Counted from the first letter of the stretch, positions 38,783 to 48,348 are shown. The stretch: 64,000 nt of DNA from Candidatus Latescibacterota bacterium (GCA_965200315.1 OZ241362.1:992001-1056000); one strand, 5' to 3'. Notes: generated from the sequence alone by a model not told the origin. Numbers and translations are program-made.

Positions 38783-39152
38783 TAACTGACGTTACGCAGT
38801 CAGAGCCCCCCGCACCCTCCTGCCGACGCGGCAGGGCGGAACCGAAGCCGAAGTCTGCGACGTAGGGCTTGGTCCGGGGTTCGTCCGCGCCCTGTGTCTT
38901 GTCGGCCCGCCGCGAGCCGACCGAGCCCGCACTCCACAGACTTGCGGTGTGCCACAGCCTTTCTTAACGGACATTCCGCCGGCCTGGCGCAAAAGCGTTC
39001 TCAAAACCTCGTCGGGCAGCTTGGCGGGGCGGTCGAGTCGTCATAGGCATCCGGCGTTTTTCGCGGGCAAGCCCGAAATCGTCGTTTTAGGAACGCTGCT
39101 TAGGAAGGCGGGCTCCCCTAACCAAAACCCGCCGACCGCGGAACATCAGTTA
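38783..39152. mobile_element. 370-bp MITE-like element with TIRs and a TATA target duplication
   Basis: Left end TAACTGACGTTACGCAGTCAG versus reverse complement of the right end TAACTGATGTTCCGCGGTCGG (17/21); TATA at 38779-38782 and 39153-39156; no credible ORF; several internal stems. Confidence 0.75.
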
Positions 39153-39199
39153 TATAACTGTAATATCAACCTAATTCAACGTTGTGAAGGTCAAACCCA

Positions 39200-41869
39200 C
39201 TAGCGTTCCAGCCCTGCATAGGCCGTCATGAATATCTTGCTAGTCGTGCTAGGGGGCAGATTTTCAAACGTCAGCTTCTGTAGGCGAAATCCCGTCTGTA
39301 GATGGAGTCTGTAGCCCAAGTAATCCGAGGAGTTATTAAATTGCACCGCAACGATGCGACTGAAGGAATCCGGCTCCAAGTCGCGATGGACCGGCACCCC
39401 CTCCTCGTCGTCGCGAAACTGCTTAAAGTGGGACACTTCTAGGCCCAACTCAATGAGCGTATGGGAGAGTAGGGGAATGCGGGCAATTAGAAAAAGCGTC
39501 TCGGTCAACTCGCGGCGCTGCGGGTCGCGCTTGTGCACGGGGAGCTCGCGCAAAAATTCGCTTTTGAAGCGCGGTTCAAGTTCGATGTTTCGCACTGGGA
39601 AAGTGTAATCGACTTTGTTGATGAGACCGATAAAGCTGGCCGTACCGCGCAAGTCGCGCTGAGCCCGGCGCTGGTTGTAGATTTCAGTTTTGAACTTGTT
39701 GATTACGTTCAGGTTCCCTATGAGCATGAAGTCGAACTGTACATAGGAAGTGTTGACCCAGGTGTCGCGGGCCGGGAGCAAATCGAAAACGCGCTGTTGA
39801 GTACCACGGGAATTAGACGGCTGCACCCACTGGAAGAGGTTGTTGGGAATGTCGTCCTCGACCAGCTTGAAGTTGTCGAACACCCGCAAACGGCCCAACT
39901 GGGCAAAATCCCTTTCGTAGGTGAAGAGCAGGTACATGGATTCGTTTTTGCGATCTCCCGCCAGCAGTTTTTCGCGCAAACGCCCGACGGTCAGCCGGGC
40001 CTCGGGCCCAATGTGGGTTCCCACGTAGATATTGTAGCCGCGGTGGTCGCGCCCGTAGGGATAATCGGGGTCTTCGTCGTTCTCAAAGCGGTCTATCCAG
40101 CCGTTGTTGTTCATGTCAACGCCGAAGAGGTATTCGGGTCTATCGGCGTGATAGCGCAGGAAGGGCTCTTCGTAATCGGGAATGAAGTTCTGGCGATCCT
40201 CCGTATCGTTCTGGTTGAAGTCCGAGACGAAATCGTTGTTCTCGTCAAAACCCGGAAAGACCGCATTGTCCGACAGCATACTATAGCGGCTCCAGTCCGG
40301 CCGGCGGTCTTGGTCATCGTTGTCCTCGACGAACTCGTAGATATAGGATATTTCGTCTTCGTAATCGATTTCGTCCTGTCCCCGAGTACCCGCGAGGAAG
40401 GTGCGGGTAGAATAGTCCGCGTCCATGCTATAGCCTTCGAGGAAGACGAACCAAGGATAGGACGCCTTGGACAGGTTGAACATCCATGCCTGGGCGTCGT
40501 TCACCGCCTTGCGATGATCCTTTAGGTTGAGGTTGGGATACTGGCGGTACTGATTATTGAAATCGTACTCCCCGTAAAAGTCAAAACCCCAGACCTTGTT
40601 GGCCTCGAAGGTAACGCCAAGGATGGTATTGGCCGTGGGCAGACCGTAGTCGAATTGCAACAGTCGCTGGTTGGAGTTGTCGCGGATATTGTGCTGGGCC
40701 CGCTCGACCAGCAAGAAGACGGGCTGTGAGTCCCGGTTGGTCTGCCGGTCGGACGTGATTTCCACCTTGTAGTCGTTGGAGATCACCAATTCAAAAGATA
40801 CTCTTTCAATAGTCGTAGGATCGGGCCCGGTGTACAAAGGGTCCGTAAAGTCGTAGGTGAGGGTAATGCGCTCGTCCCCGTCGGCAGCTAAAAACCCTAC
40901 CCGTTGGAACCCCCCTTCGCGTATGGGCTCGAATCCTATGGCACTGCCGCGGAAAACATGGCCGTCCACATCCTCGATGACGATTTCGTCGTCGAACAGG
41001 GCCGCGCCCCCCACTCCGTCGGCGGGCGAGTCGTCCGACAGCCGGATAATGATGCGGGAGATGGGCAGCGCATTCTGGTCGGTGGTTAGAGCCCCGCCCG
41101 CGAAAGGATTGCCGGTGAAATCGTCGAATAGGGTCTGACCTTGGAAGGCGGTCACATAGGTCGCTCCGACCTGGACGAAGTCGCCGACCTGAACGATGCC
41201 CCGCCCTCCCACTAAGTTGGTGACACTGGTCTTCTGATCGGGGATATCCAGAGAAGTGGCCACGGCCGGCCGACTGGGGCGGGCCAGTAGGAGAGTACCT
41301 TGGTACTTGTCGGCAGCAAAGTCCCACTGAATACCGTTGAATGTGGGTTTAGAAAAGGTCATCGGTGTCAAAGTAGTGCGGAGCTCATCGCCAATCGTGA
41401 TGCTGTAGTAGTATTGTCCCTTGTGGTCCGCGGAGACAGCTACTCGGTTGAACCACTGGTTGAACCGGTTGGTCTTGAGGATGCTGCTGCCGAATTGCCG
41501 GGGGCGATCTTGCTGCCAATCGTAGATCAACCAGCCTCGGGTGACCAGATTGCCGAAGAAATCGTAGAAGAAATCGCCCTCCAACGCGGTGTCCACATAG
41601 CGCTGATAGGGCTCGCGGGCGTAGTTGGAGTACTCCCATTGTCTCCACCGGTACTCCTTATACAGTTCTTGAGGGACGTACCATTTGCGTACTGCCGGAT
41701 CCAGCGCGTCGAATAATACCCCCGGTCCTTGCGGGGAAAAATCCACCTTTCCGTCCTGTTTTACTCTACCGAGGCGCGAGTCGGACGCTTGGGCACCAAC
41801 CGGAGTCGGCGCACTCCAGCCTAGCACGCAGAGAACAGCACCTACCACAATCAGATAGTGCTTGTGCAA
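39200..41869 (-). CDS. Conserved exported/outer-membrane protein of unknown family (889 aa); paralog of 3455-6115
   Basis: GGAGG RBS plus TTG; signal peptide; colinear with the paralog (LRTTLTPM.FSKP, DDSPADG.GGAA, YGLPTA, VEDNDDQDR.PD, DMNNN.W.DRFEND, YAGL). Confidence 0.82.
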   Translation of the reverse strand: MHKHYLIVVGAVLCVLGWSAPTPVGAQASDSRLGRVKQDGKVDFSPQGPGVLFDALDPAVRKWYVPQELYKEYRWRQWEYSNYAREPYQRYVDTALEGDFFYDFFGNLVTRGWLIYDWQQDRPRQFGSSILKTNRFNQWFNRVAVSADHKGQYYYSITIGDELRTTLTPMTFSKPTFNGIQWDFAADKYQGTLLLARPSRPAVATSLDIPDQKTSVTNLVGGRGIVQVGDFVQVGATYVTAFQGQTLFDDFTGNPFAGGALTTDQNALPISRIIIRLSDDSPADGVGGAALFDDEIVIEDVDGHVFRGSAIGFEPIREGGFQRVGFLAADGDERITLTYDFTDPLYTGPDPTTIERVSFELVISNDYKVEITSDRQTNRDSQPVFLLVERAQHNIRDNSNQRLLQFDYGLPTANTILGVTFEANKVWGFDFYGEYDFNNQYRQYPNLNLKDHRKAVNDAQAWMFNLSKASYPWFVFLEGYSMDADYSTRTFLAGTRGQDEIDYEDEISYIYEFVEDNDDQDRRPDWSRYSMLSDNAVFPGFDENNDFVSDFNQNDTEDRQNFIPDYEEPFLRYHADRPEYLFGVDMNNNGWIDRFENDEDPDYPYGRDHRGYNIYVGTHIGPEARLTVGRLREKLLAGDRKNESMYLLFTYERDFAQLGRLRVFDNFKLVEDDIPNNLFQWVQPSNSRGTQQRVFDLLPARDTWVNTSYVQFDFMLIGNLNVINKFKTEIYNQRRAQRDLRGTASFIGLINKVDYTFPVRNIELEPRFKSEFLRELPVHKRDPQRRELTETLFLIARIPLLSHTLIELGLEVSHFKQFRDDEEGVPVHRDLEPDSFSRIVAVQFNNSSDYLGYRLHLQTGFRLQKLTFENLPPSTTSKIFMTAYAGLER

Positions 41870-41895
41870 AATCCCCCTCCTCGCTTGGCTAGCAT

Positions 41896-43914
41896 CTAGT
41901 ATACCACGGACACACTGTTGAACCGCCGCTCGGTCTCCCGATCAGAGCGGATTTCCACTACCGCTAGGTAGATGCCCGGCGGCACAGGGCGAGCGTCGTC
42001 GCCGCGACCGTCCCACTGTAGCTGGATGCGACCGTTTTGGACTTCGGCAGCGTCGAGCCGCCGCACGCGGCTACCAGCCAAGTCGTAGATATTTACCTCG
42101 CCCGGCGCTGGTTCGAGCAGGTGCAGAACCGCATAGCTTATTTCCGCCACGTCATTGGCCCCATCTCCATTGGGGGTGAAGGTCCGCGGCTGGATTGCCA
42201 GCGGACCAGCCACTTGCGAGCCTACGGGAATCCTCACCAGCAACTCGTCGGTATCCTGTTCGGCTGAAGCATCCCCACCCTCGGTCTGTAGCGGCACTTG
42301 TACGCTGGCATCGGCAAAGGCCCGCCCTTGGAAACGCGTACCATAGCGGAACACGGCCGCATCAAAGACAATTTTCAAAAGGGCACCATCGGTGTTGATC
42401 AGGGGTACGCCTAAGGCAAAGTGGTCGTTCTCCACCGCCTCAATGGAGAACGATCCGACGCGCCAAGGCAAAGATACACTGGCTAGATCGCCGCTGAACT
42501 CGGCTCCATCTAGGCGATTGCCCACTCTGTCTTGGATTTCTACCGAATGGAGGGCCGCGATGCGGGCTGGGGTTTCGATCTCAAAGCGCGTGAACCCCGG
42601 CCGGCCCGTAGTATTGGCAATGCGGGCAAAGTACGTAAAAGTCGTCTGTTTGCCAACTTCGGTCCGCGGCGGTCCCACCTCGGCGACGATGCGGTCGACC
42701 GGGGGCCGTGCGAACTGGAAGCCCAAGTCGGCGACAGCGCGGCTAGCATCTAGGCTCAGATTGGTGAAGTCAATGCGGAATTGGAAATAACGCCGTGGCG
42801 CCGGCACCGTCAGCGGGGTCCCATTGTCGACCACTTGCCACTGGACCCAGCCGTTGTCGGTATCGGGCTTGATGGGCCCCTGCTGGTTTTTCGCCAGTTT
42901 TTTGAAGGTTTCTGCTGTCAGCGTATTGCCTTCGCTATCGGTGGACACATATTCGGGTTGCCGCCCTCCTACATTGGCATTGCGGAAAAAGACATTGGGC
43001 GTCGTATCCCGTCCGCTGCGGACGCGGACTTCTATTTTGGAATCCGCGCTATTGCCCGCCGCCACTTCGCTCCAAGCGATTCGCCCCCAGACTACCTCCT
43101 CGCCCAACTCTAGCACATTGGACACATAGCTGGCCGTCGGGACGAATCCCCTGCCGTACACTTCTATCTCGTCAATTTCAAATCCGAGCGTGGAAATCGA
43201 CTTGAGTTGTAAAAAGCGGACAAATTGGGGGTTGAGCTGTGCATCCACCCTCGCCTCGCGGTTGTCTGGATCGCGCCGCACCGGCGAGGTAAAAATGGGC
43301 TGCCCACTGGCAAAGAGGTTTTGCGACAAGCCATCGTTGAGGAACAACTCATATCCCCGCATGAATTCGTTCTCAAAGGGAAACGACGCCGTCATCCTCG
43401 GATAGAACACGATTCGGTCCACTCCAAAGCGTGCGCCGAGGTCGATGCGAATGGTGACGCCGTTGTTGCGCACGATGCGACCGGCCACGAATTTGCGATC
43501 AAAAGCCACTCGGTGGTCGCCATTGAGCATGCCCTCCAATTGCTCTGGATTCTTCTGGCTAGCATCCAGCCCCGGAATATCTATAGTGCCCCCCCGCTCG
43601 AGAACACCGAGCGAAATGTTGAAATCAGAGCGCAAGCGCAGCGGCATGATCCAGTTTTGCAGGGAATCCAAGCCAATGGCGAATACTTTTGCGCCATTGG
43701 CGTCCTCGATAGTTCCCAATTGCTCGACAAAATCGATCACGCCCCCGGGGGTTGTGCCAGAATTGCGCCAAGGATGTTCGTTGCCGCCGACCATAAAAAC
43801 ATCCTGTGCGCTAGTTGGGCACACGGACAGCAGCAGAAGGAAGAGTGGCAAAGGAGGGACTATCTGTAACGATTGCAGAAGCTGGACGCGGGAACCGATA
43901 GGACGATGTGCCAT
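41896..43914 (-). CDS. Secreted discoidin-like protein with a C-terminal FlgD-Ig/CHU_C-like domain; paralog of 35822-37672
   Basis: AAGGAG RBS; signal peptide; IDLGARFGVDRIVFYPR; EVYGRGFVP; RSGRDTTP; FTPNGDGAND..WDGRG..PPGIY..SVVY. Confidence 0.87.
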   Translation of the reverse strand: MAHRPIGSRVQLLQSLQIVPPLPLFLLLLSVCPTSAQDVFMVGGNEHPWRNSGTTPGGVIDFVEQLGTIEDANGAKVFAIGLDSLQNWIMPLRLRSDFNISLGVLERGGTIDIPGLDASQKNPEQLEGMLNGDHRVAFDRKFVAGRIVRNNGVTIRIDLGARFGVDRIVFYPRMTASFPFENEFMRGYELFLNDGLSQNLFASGQPIFTSPVRRDPDNREARVDAQLNPQFVRFLQLKSISTLGFEIDEIEVYGRGFVPTASYVSNVLELGEEVVWGRIAWSEVAAGNSADSKIEVRVRSGRDTTPNVFFRNANVGGRQPEYVSTDSEGNTLTAETFKKLAKNQQGPIKPDTDNGWVQWQVVDNGTPLTVPAPRRYFQFRIDFTNLSLDASRAVADLGFQFARPPVDRIVAEVGPPRTEVGKQTTFTYFARIANTTGRPGFTRFEIETPARIAALHSVEIQDRVGNRLDGAEFSGDLASVSLPWRVGSFSIEAVENDHFALGVPLINTDGALLKIVFDAAVFRYGTRFQGRAFADASVQVPLQTEGGDASAEQDTDELLVRIPVGSQVAGPLAIQPRTFTPNGDGANDVAEISYAVLHLLEPAPGEVNIYDLAGSRVRRLDAAEVQNGRIQLQWDGRGDDARPVPPGIYLAVVEIRSDRETERRFNSVSVVY

Positions 43915-44031
43915 GGTGAGAATCGGCTCCTTAGTAGATAGCTGAGATTCCAGCCTTGCTCACTTCTCGATAGCGCACCGGAGGCTACAACCTCTTTGAA
44001 GCGTGACATTCGTTACAGGTCGTGGTAGGCT

Positions 44032-44060
44032 ATAATATAGTGTAAAATAAGATAAATCAA
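44032..44060 (-). promoter_or_regulatory. Sigma70-type promoter for the 43914-31336 cluster
   Basis: Minus strand TTGATT-17 nt-TATTAT in an AT-rich patch about 120 nt upstream of the first ATG. Confidence 0.6.
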
Positions 44061-44168
44061 GAAAGCCTAAAGCCTAGCTTTAATCCGCATGCACATCGTG
44101 ATTGTTCATCCGCCCCGTACTCTTGAATAAGGCCCCACACGCTCTTTCCAATAGAAAAGAACGCATCC

Positions 44169-44483
44169 ATGCGGACCATCGGCCCCGATCCCTACTTCGC
44201 CTACAAGGCCGATTTCTTCCGCGATCTCTTTCCGGCCGGGATCGAGGGGTTTTTCACGTCTTGGGGCACCGAACACTGCATCCAACGGCTGCTGTGGTCA
44301 GCAGGCTCACCGGTACTGGGGCAGGAATACTTGCTCAACACGCGGTATTTCAGTGGTTCGGGCTGCTGTACGGAACGGTTGGGGATCAGCACACCGGGCC
44401 GGAAATCGAAGCGCTGATGGTTGAAGCGGGCTTCAGCGAGACGGAGTGCCGCCCCCTCGACTGCGAGCAGGGGATCGCGGTTA
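44169..44483 (+). pseudogene. Decayed SAM-dependent O-methyltransferase fragment
   Basis: One frame gives ADFFRDLFPAG..FFTSWG, another gives LLYGTVGDQHTGPEIEALMVEAGFSETECRPL. Both resemble Methyltransf_2 C-terminal motifs; frameshifted, with no N-terminus. Confidence 0.5.
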
Positions 44484-44801
44484 GCGGTCCGTCCTGCCGC
44501 GACGTTCCTGCTGCGGCACCAACCAGACCAAGGTCGCCCCCCAGCCGCCGCCACCGTCGCCAGCCAAGCGGAATGCCTCCACCTCGGGCAAACGGGCCAG
44601 AATGGCGTGGACCGAGCGCCGCAACTGGCCCGTGCCCTTGCCGTGGATGACGCGCACCTGCAAAATGCCAGCTTGGCGACAGGCATCCAAATAGTCGGGC
44701 AACAGCTCTTTGAGGTCGCGCGGATGGAAGGTGTGTAAGTCCAGCGTACCGTCGATGGGCACTTCCACCGCTTCAGGCTCTTCCCATTCTTCTGCGGTCA
44801 T
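44481..44801 (-). CDS. Stand-alone Smr/MutS2 C-terminal domain protein
   Basis: LDLHTF, VRVIHGKGTGQLR, GGWGATLV. Confidence 0.92.
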   Translation of the reverse strand: MTAEEWEEPEAVEVPIDGTLDLHTFHPRDLKELLPDYLDACRQAGILQVRVIHGKGTGQLRRSVHAILARLPEVEAFRLAGDGGGGWGATLVWLVPQQERRGRTDR

Positions 44802-44805
44802 CGTC

Positions 44806-45942
44806 CTAAGCCTTGCGAGCGCGGAGTTCCGTAGAACTAATATCCATTCTAAAGGGAACCGACTCGAAAAGGTCTGCGTACTGTGCGGGTACATCTATAT
44901 CGACTAAGGTGCAATACGCATCTCCATCCACCCGACCAGCCACCCAAAAGCGACAGCCCCCAGCGGCAAATTCCTCCAAGGCCGCGGCCAAGCCCTGCTC
45001 CCCTTCATCGTAATAGTGGCCCTGCAAAAGCCGCACCGCCGTATCGTACCCCAGCGCGAAATGGCAACCGCCAAAGAGCCGAGCCTTCTGCAAAAAGGTT
45101 GGCGACCGCGTCATCACCACAGGGAAACGACCGCGCATCTGCGCCAAACGCCGCTCGACCTCGCTCCTGTGCAGGGGTGGCTTATCGACATTTTCAACGG
45201 ACATTTCCAAGCTCGGCTGGCGACCGCTTAGCTGTCCCGCCGCGGCCGCGAGCCGCTCGTGCCCTGCGTGCAGCGGATTGAAAGAACCGCACAAGAGCAG
45301 ACGCTGCCCGCGCTCGGCCTCCGGGTAGATCGCCCCATCAGTACGCATTTCGACGACGTCCAACTCGCCCGCAAACAGCAAACCCAGCGGATCGTCCAAC
45401 GACAGCTCGCGCCGCGCAAGATGCGCGTAATTAGGCAACGATTCACCAGCGACCGGGCCGCCGCAGGCCTCCCCTATGGCCTCCAAGGCCAAGCGGCTCA
45501 AGGCCTCCTCTTGCGCCAAGCGGTCGGCAGCGCCCTTTGCAAAACGCAGGGTGTACAAGCGATAGGCGTGCTCCAAGCGCAGCGCGATACAGCCCCGGTC
45601 CGCACCGCGCCGCGGCCTGCTCGTCGCCAAGGCCGCACTACAACCCACGCCGATGCAGCCCGGTCCCGGGTCGGCAAAGGCCGCGGCCCGCACAAAGGCC
45701 CGCCCCGCCATATCCCGCGCTGTTTGCTCGTTGGCCCCATGCGGCCCCGCCGCGGCCAAATACGCCGCTAGCGCCCGCTCGCTATAGGGCACTTGGGCTT
45801 CGACGATGGCGCGCGAGGCCCCGGGGTGATTCAAGAGCCAGCTAATGAGTTGGCTGCCCCCGCCAGTGGTCGCCAAGGCCAGCCGGAGGCCGCTGTGCAA
45901 TACGGCTTCGACCTGCGCCCAGATGTCGCTGGAGACGCGCAA
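44806..45942 (-). CDS. CinA/PncC-like domain fused to a NadD-like nucleotidyltransferase
   Basis: N-terminal TGGG..PGASR..VPYS..A..MA; C-terminal GSFNPLHAGH (HxGH), GYDT and DISSTELR. Confidence 0.8.
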   Translation of the reverse strand: MRVSSDIWAQVEAVLHSGLRLALATTGGGSQLISWLLNHPGASRAIVEAQVPYSERALAAYLAAAGPHGANEQTARDMAGRAFVRAAAFADPGPGCIGVGCSAALATSRPRRGADRGCIALRLEHAYRLYTLRFAKGAADRLAQEEALSRLALEAIGEACGGPVAGESLPNYAHLARRELSLDDPLGLLFAGELDVVEMRTDGAIYPEAERGQRLLLCGSFNPLHAGHERLAAAAGQLSGRQPSLEMSVENVDKPPLHRSEVERRLAQMRGRFPVVMTRSPTFLQKARLFGGCHFALGYDTAVRLLQGHYYDEGEQGLAAALEEFAAGGCRFWVAGRVDGDAYCTLVDIDVPAQYADLFESVPFRMDISSTELRARKA

Positions 45943-45948
45943 GCTGCT

Positions 45949-47364
45949 TTATCCCGCGAAGAAGTCGAAGGCACCGCGCAGGCCCCAGCCCGTGAGGAAG
46001 ATGCCGCTAACCAAGTTGAGCACCCGCAGCGGCCATCCCATGCGCAGCGGTGATGGCAAGAAGCGGCGGTCGGTCCACACCATCAGCAGACACCACAGAC
46101 CGCAGGTGAGGACCCCACCGAAGATCGCCGCTGGCGTCACGATCGCCACCGGGTTGCCGCCCATCCACATAATGGCGACGCCACCAACTCCGCAGTAAGC
46201 CACCACCCACGGCCGCAACCGGCCCACGGGCACCTCGCGCATCCGCCGGACGATGGGCCGCAAGCATTCGTGGGTGGTGCGCGTATAGAGCTCGTACGCG
46301 GCCATGATGGTGCCAAAAAACGCGGTGAACACGCCCAATTGGTACATATAGACCAAGGCTGGATGCAGAAGCGTGAGGAAATCGGCCTGCACCGACAGTA
46401 GCTGCATCCCCTCCGGTACGATGTGTTGGGGACGGAGCACGGCCGCGCCGAGCATCACAAAGGCCATGGTAAAAATCACCACGCAGGCAAAGGACACCCC
46501 GGAGTCCACCAAGGGACCCCGCAGCCAAGCACGGCCCCGGGCGATATTTTCGTCGTCGGACGCAATGGCCACGCCCTCCTCCGCGGCCTCCACTTTGCGG
46601 CCCAGCAGGCCCCAAGCCTTCTCCCGCAACATGCCGATGTAGCCAAAGTAGTCCTGAGTGCCGCCGCCGATTGCCCCTAAGTAAGTGCCCAACTCCACCC
46701 ACGCCGAACGCGCTGCGACCGCCGGATACTTGCTAATCAGCCAAGGATCATACGCCGGCATGGTCGGCACGATGGAACCTATCAGCACCGCCAGCCAGTC
46801 GGGCTGCGCGGCCGCGGCGGCCGTCAAAATCGAGAGCAGCAGGACGCCGACGACCACCGTCTGAAATTTCTCCAGTGCGCCATAGCTCTGGATCATGGTA
46901 ATGGCGATGGCCAAGACGACAAAAGCCGTGCCCCACACGCGGGGATCGCCCCATATCGCCAATCCCTCACAACCCAAAATCCACACCGCCAGCCCGCCGA
47001 GCATCTTGGGCAAACCCGATAGCCACAGCGGGAAGCAAAGCACGGTCAGCACCGCCATGACCCACACCACCCAGCCCTGCGGTCCGGGCAAAAACTTCCA
47101 GCGTTCGAGCGGATGTTCCCCCGTCAGGGTCATGTAGCGCGCCGCCGTATAGACTTGAACGAACTTCATCAAGCCGCCGCCGATAAAGCACCACAGCAGG
47201 GCATAGCCGAACACCGCGCCGCCCCGCGAGGCAAAGACCGTCTCGCCGCTGCCGATCGTCACCGAGGCGATGATGGCACCTGGGCCAAAAATGCGCAGCA
47301 TAGCCCCCAAGCCGCGCGCCTGCATTTCCTCGCTGAGCGCGGGATAACGCCGCTCTTCACTCAT
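45949..47364 (-). CDS. Nramp-superfamily membrane transporter
   Basis: GPGAIIASVTIGSGE, G..FGYALLW; about 11 TM helices. Confidence 0.85.
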   Translation of the reverse strand: MSEERRYPALSEEMQARGLGAMLRIFGPGAIIASVTIGSGETVFASRGGAVFGYALLWCFIGGGLMKFVQVYTAARYMTLTGEHPLERWKFLPGPQGWVVWVMAVLTVLCFPLWLSGLPKMLGGLAVWILGCEGLAIWGDPRVWGTAFVVLAIAITMIQSYGALEKFQTVVVGVLLLSILTAAAAAQPDWLAVLIGSIVPTMPAYDPWLISKYPAVAARSAWVELGTYLGAIGGGTQDYFGYIGMLREKAWGLLGRKVEAAEEGVAIASDDENIARGRAWLRGPLVDSGVSFACVVIFTMAFVMLGAAVLRPQHIVPEGMQLLSVQADFLTLLHPALVYMYQLGVFTAFFGTIMAAYELYTRTTHECLRPIVRRMREVPVGRLRPWVVAYCGVGGVAIMWMGGNPVAIVTPAAIFGGVLTCGLWCLLMVWTDRRFLPSPLRMGWPLRVLNLVSGIFLTGWGLRGAFDFFAG

Positions 47365-47466
47365 GGGAACAACTCCTCTTTTGCCGGTGGATCGCCCATA
47401 ATATCGCGCCAGCTACTGCTTGTCAAACACCCAGAGCACAACCATATTTTTTGCGAGAGCCATCCC

Positions 47467-48324
47467 ATGAACATCGCCAAAGCCATCGTGCCGGTAGCCG
47501 GTCGCGGCACCCGACTCCTACCCACGACCAAAGCCTTGCCCAAGGAAATGCTGCCGGTGGGCCGCCTGCCGGTCATCCACCACGTTGTCGAAGAGCTAGC
47601 AACCGCCGGCATCCGCCAAATCCTCTTCGTCACCGGACGCGACAAAAGCGCAATCGAGAATCACTTCGACGACAGCGGCGCAGCGGCCTGCTACTTGGGC
47701 TACCGCGAGCGCAACATCGAGTTTTTCTTCGCACGCCAACCCCAGCCTCCCGGCACCGGCACTGCGGTTGCCACCGGGGAGGCTTTTGCTGCTGGCGAGC
47801 CTTTCGTCGTGGCCTTCGGCGACAGCATCGTACGCACGCGCAGCGGCCGCCCCCTGTTGCAGCGGATGATCGACTCGCACCTGCACCATTGCGCCGCCTG
47901 TACCATCGGCGCGTACGAAGTGCCCGAAGACCGGATGCACCACTACGGCATCTTGGTGCCCGAAGTAGCCACAGCCGAAGATTCCAAGCTGACCGCCATC
48001 CTCGAAAAGCCAACGCCCGCGCAAACCTCCAGCCGCTTGGCCGTCAGTGCGCGCTACGTGTTTTCGCCAGCCATTTTCGCCTATATCCGCGCCACCGCAC
48101 CCTCGCCGAGCGGAGAGCTATACCTCACCGATGCAATTGCCGCCCTAATCGCCGCCGGTGCCCCGGTGCGCGCCGTGCGCTTGGGCACCGACGAGCAGCG
48201 CTGCGATATTGGCAATCACCTATCCTATTTCACGAGCTTTGTCGACTACGCGCTCGACGACCCGGAATGGGGCGCGCAAATCCGCGCCTATTTGCAAAAA
48301 AAACTAGCGGACGACTCATCTTGA
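47467..48324 (+). CDS. galU: UTP--glucose-1-phosphate uridylyltransferase
   Basis: KAIVPVAGRGTRLLPTTKALPKEMLPV, AIENHFD, LEKP, GELYLTDAI, DIGN. Confidence 0.88.
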   Translation: MNIAKAIVPVAGRGTRLLPTTKALPKEMLPVGRLPVIHHVVEELATAGIRQILFVTGRDKSAIENHFDDSGAAACYLGYRERNIEFFFARQPQPPGTGTAVATGEAFAAGEPFVVAFGDSIVRTRSGRPLLQRMIDSHLHHCAACTIGAYEVPEDRMHHYGILVPEVATAEDSKLTAILEKPTPAQTSSRLAVSARYVFSPAIFAYIRATAPSPSGELYLTDAIAALIAAGAPVRAVRLGTDEQRCDIGNHLSYFTSFVDYALDDPEWGAQIRAYLQKKLADDSS

Positions 48325-48348
48325 CAGTCTCTTGCAAATCCATAATGT
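48321..48348 (+). promoter_or_regulatory. Putative sigma70 promoter of the sulfite/nitrite reductase operon
   Basis: TTGACA-16 nt-TAATGT, about 47 nt upstream of the ATG. Confidence 0.5.

Noticed and set aside
38783-39152. Known ncRNA (RNase P RNA, tmRNA, SRP, riboswitch) or small ORFs in this region
   Set aside because: I could not find their conserved motifs by eye; TIRs plus a target duplication fit a MITE better. An Rfam scan is still needed.
44102-44650. 182-aa ORF as an intact gene
   Set aside because: Only a central segment looks protein-like (methyltransferase remnant); the rest overlaps the Smr gene antisense.
47113-47466. N-terminal extension of galU and the overlapping 313-aa ORF 47451-48392
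   Set aside because: The extension overlaps the divergent transporter gene; the 313-aa ORF is an Arg/Pro-rich alternative frame.
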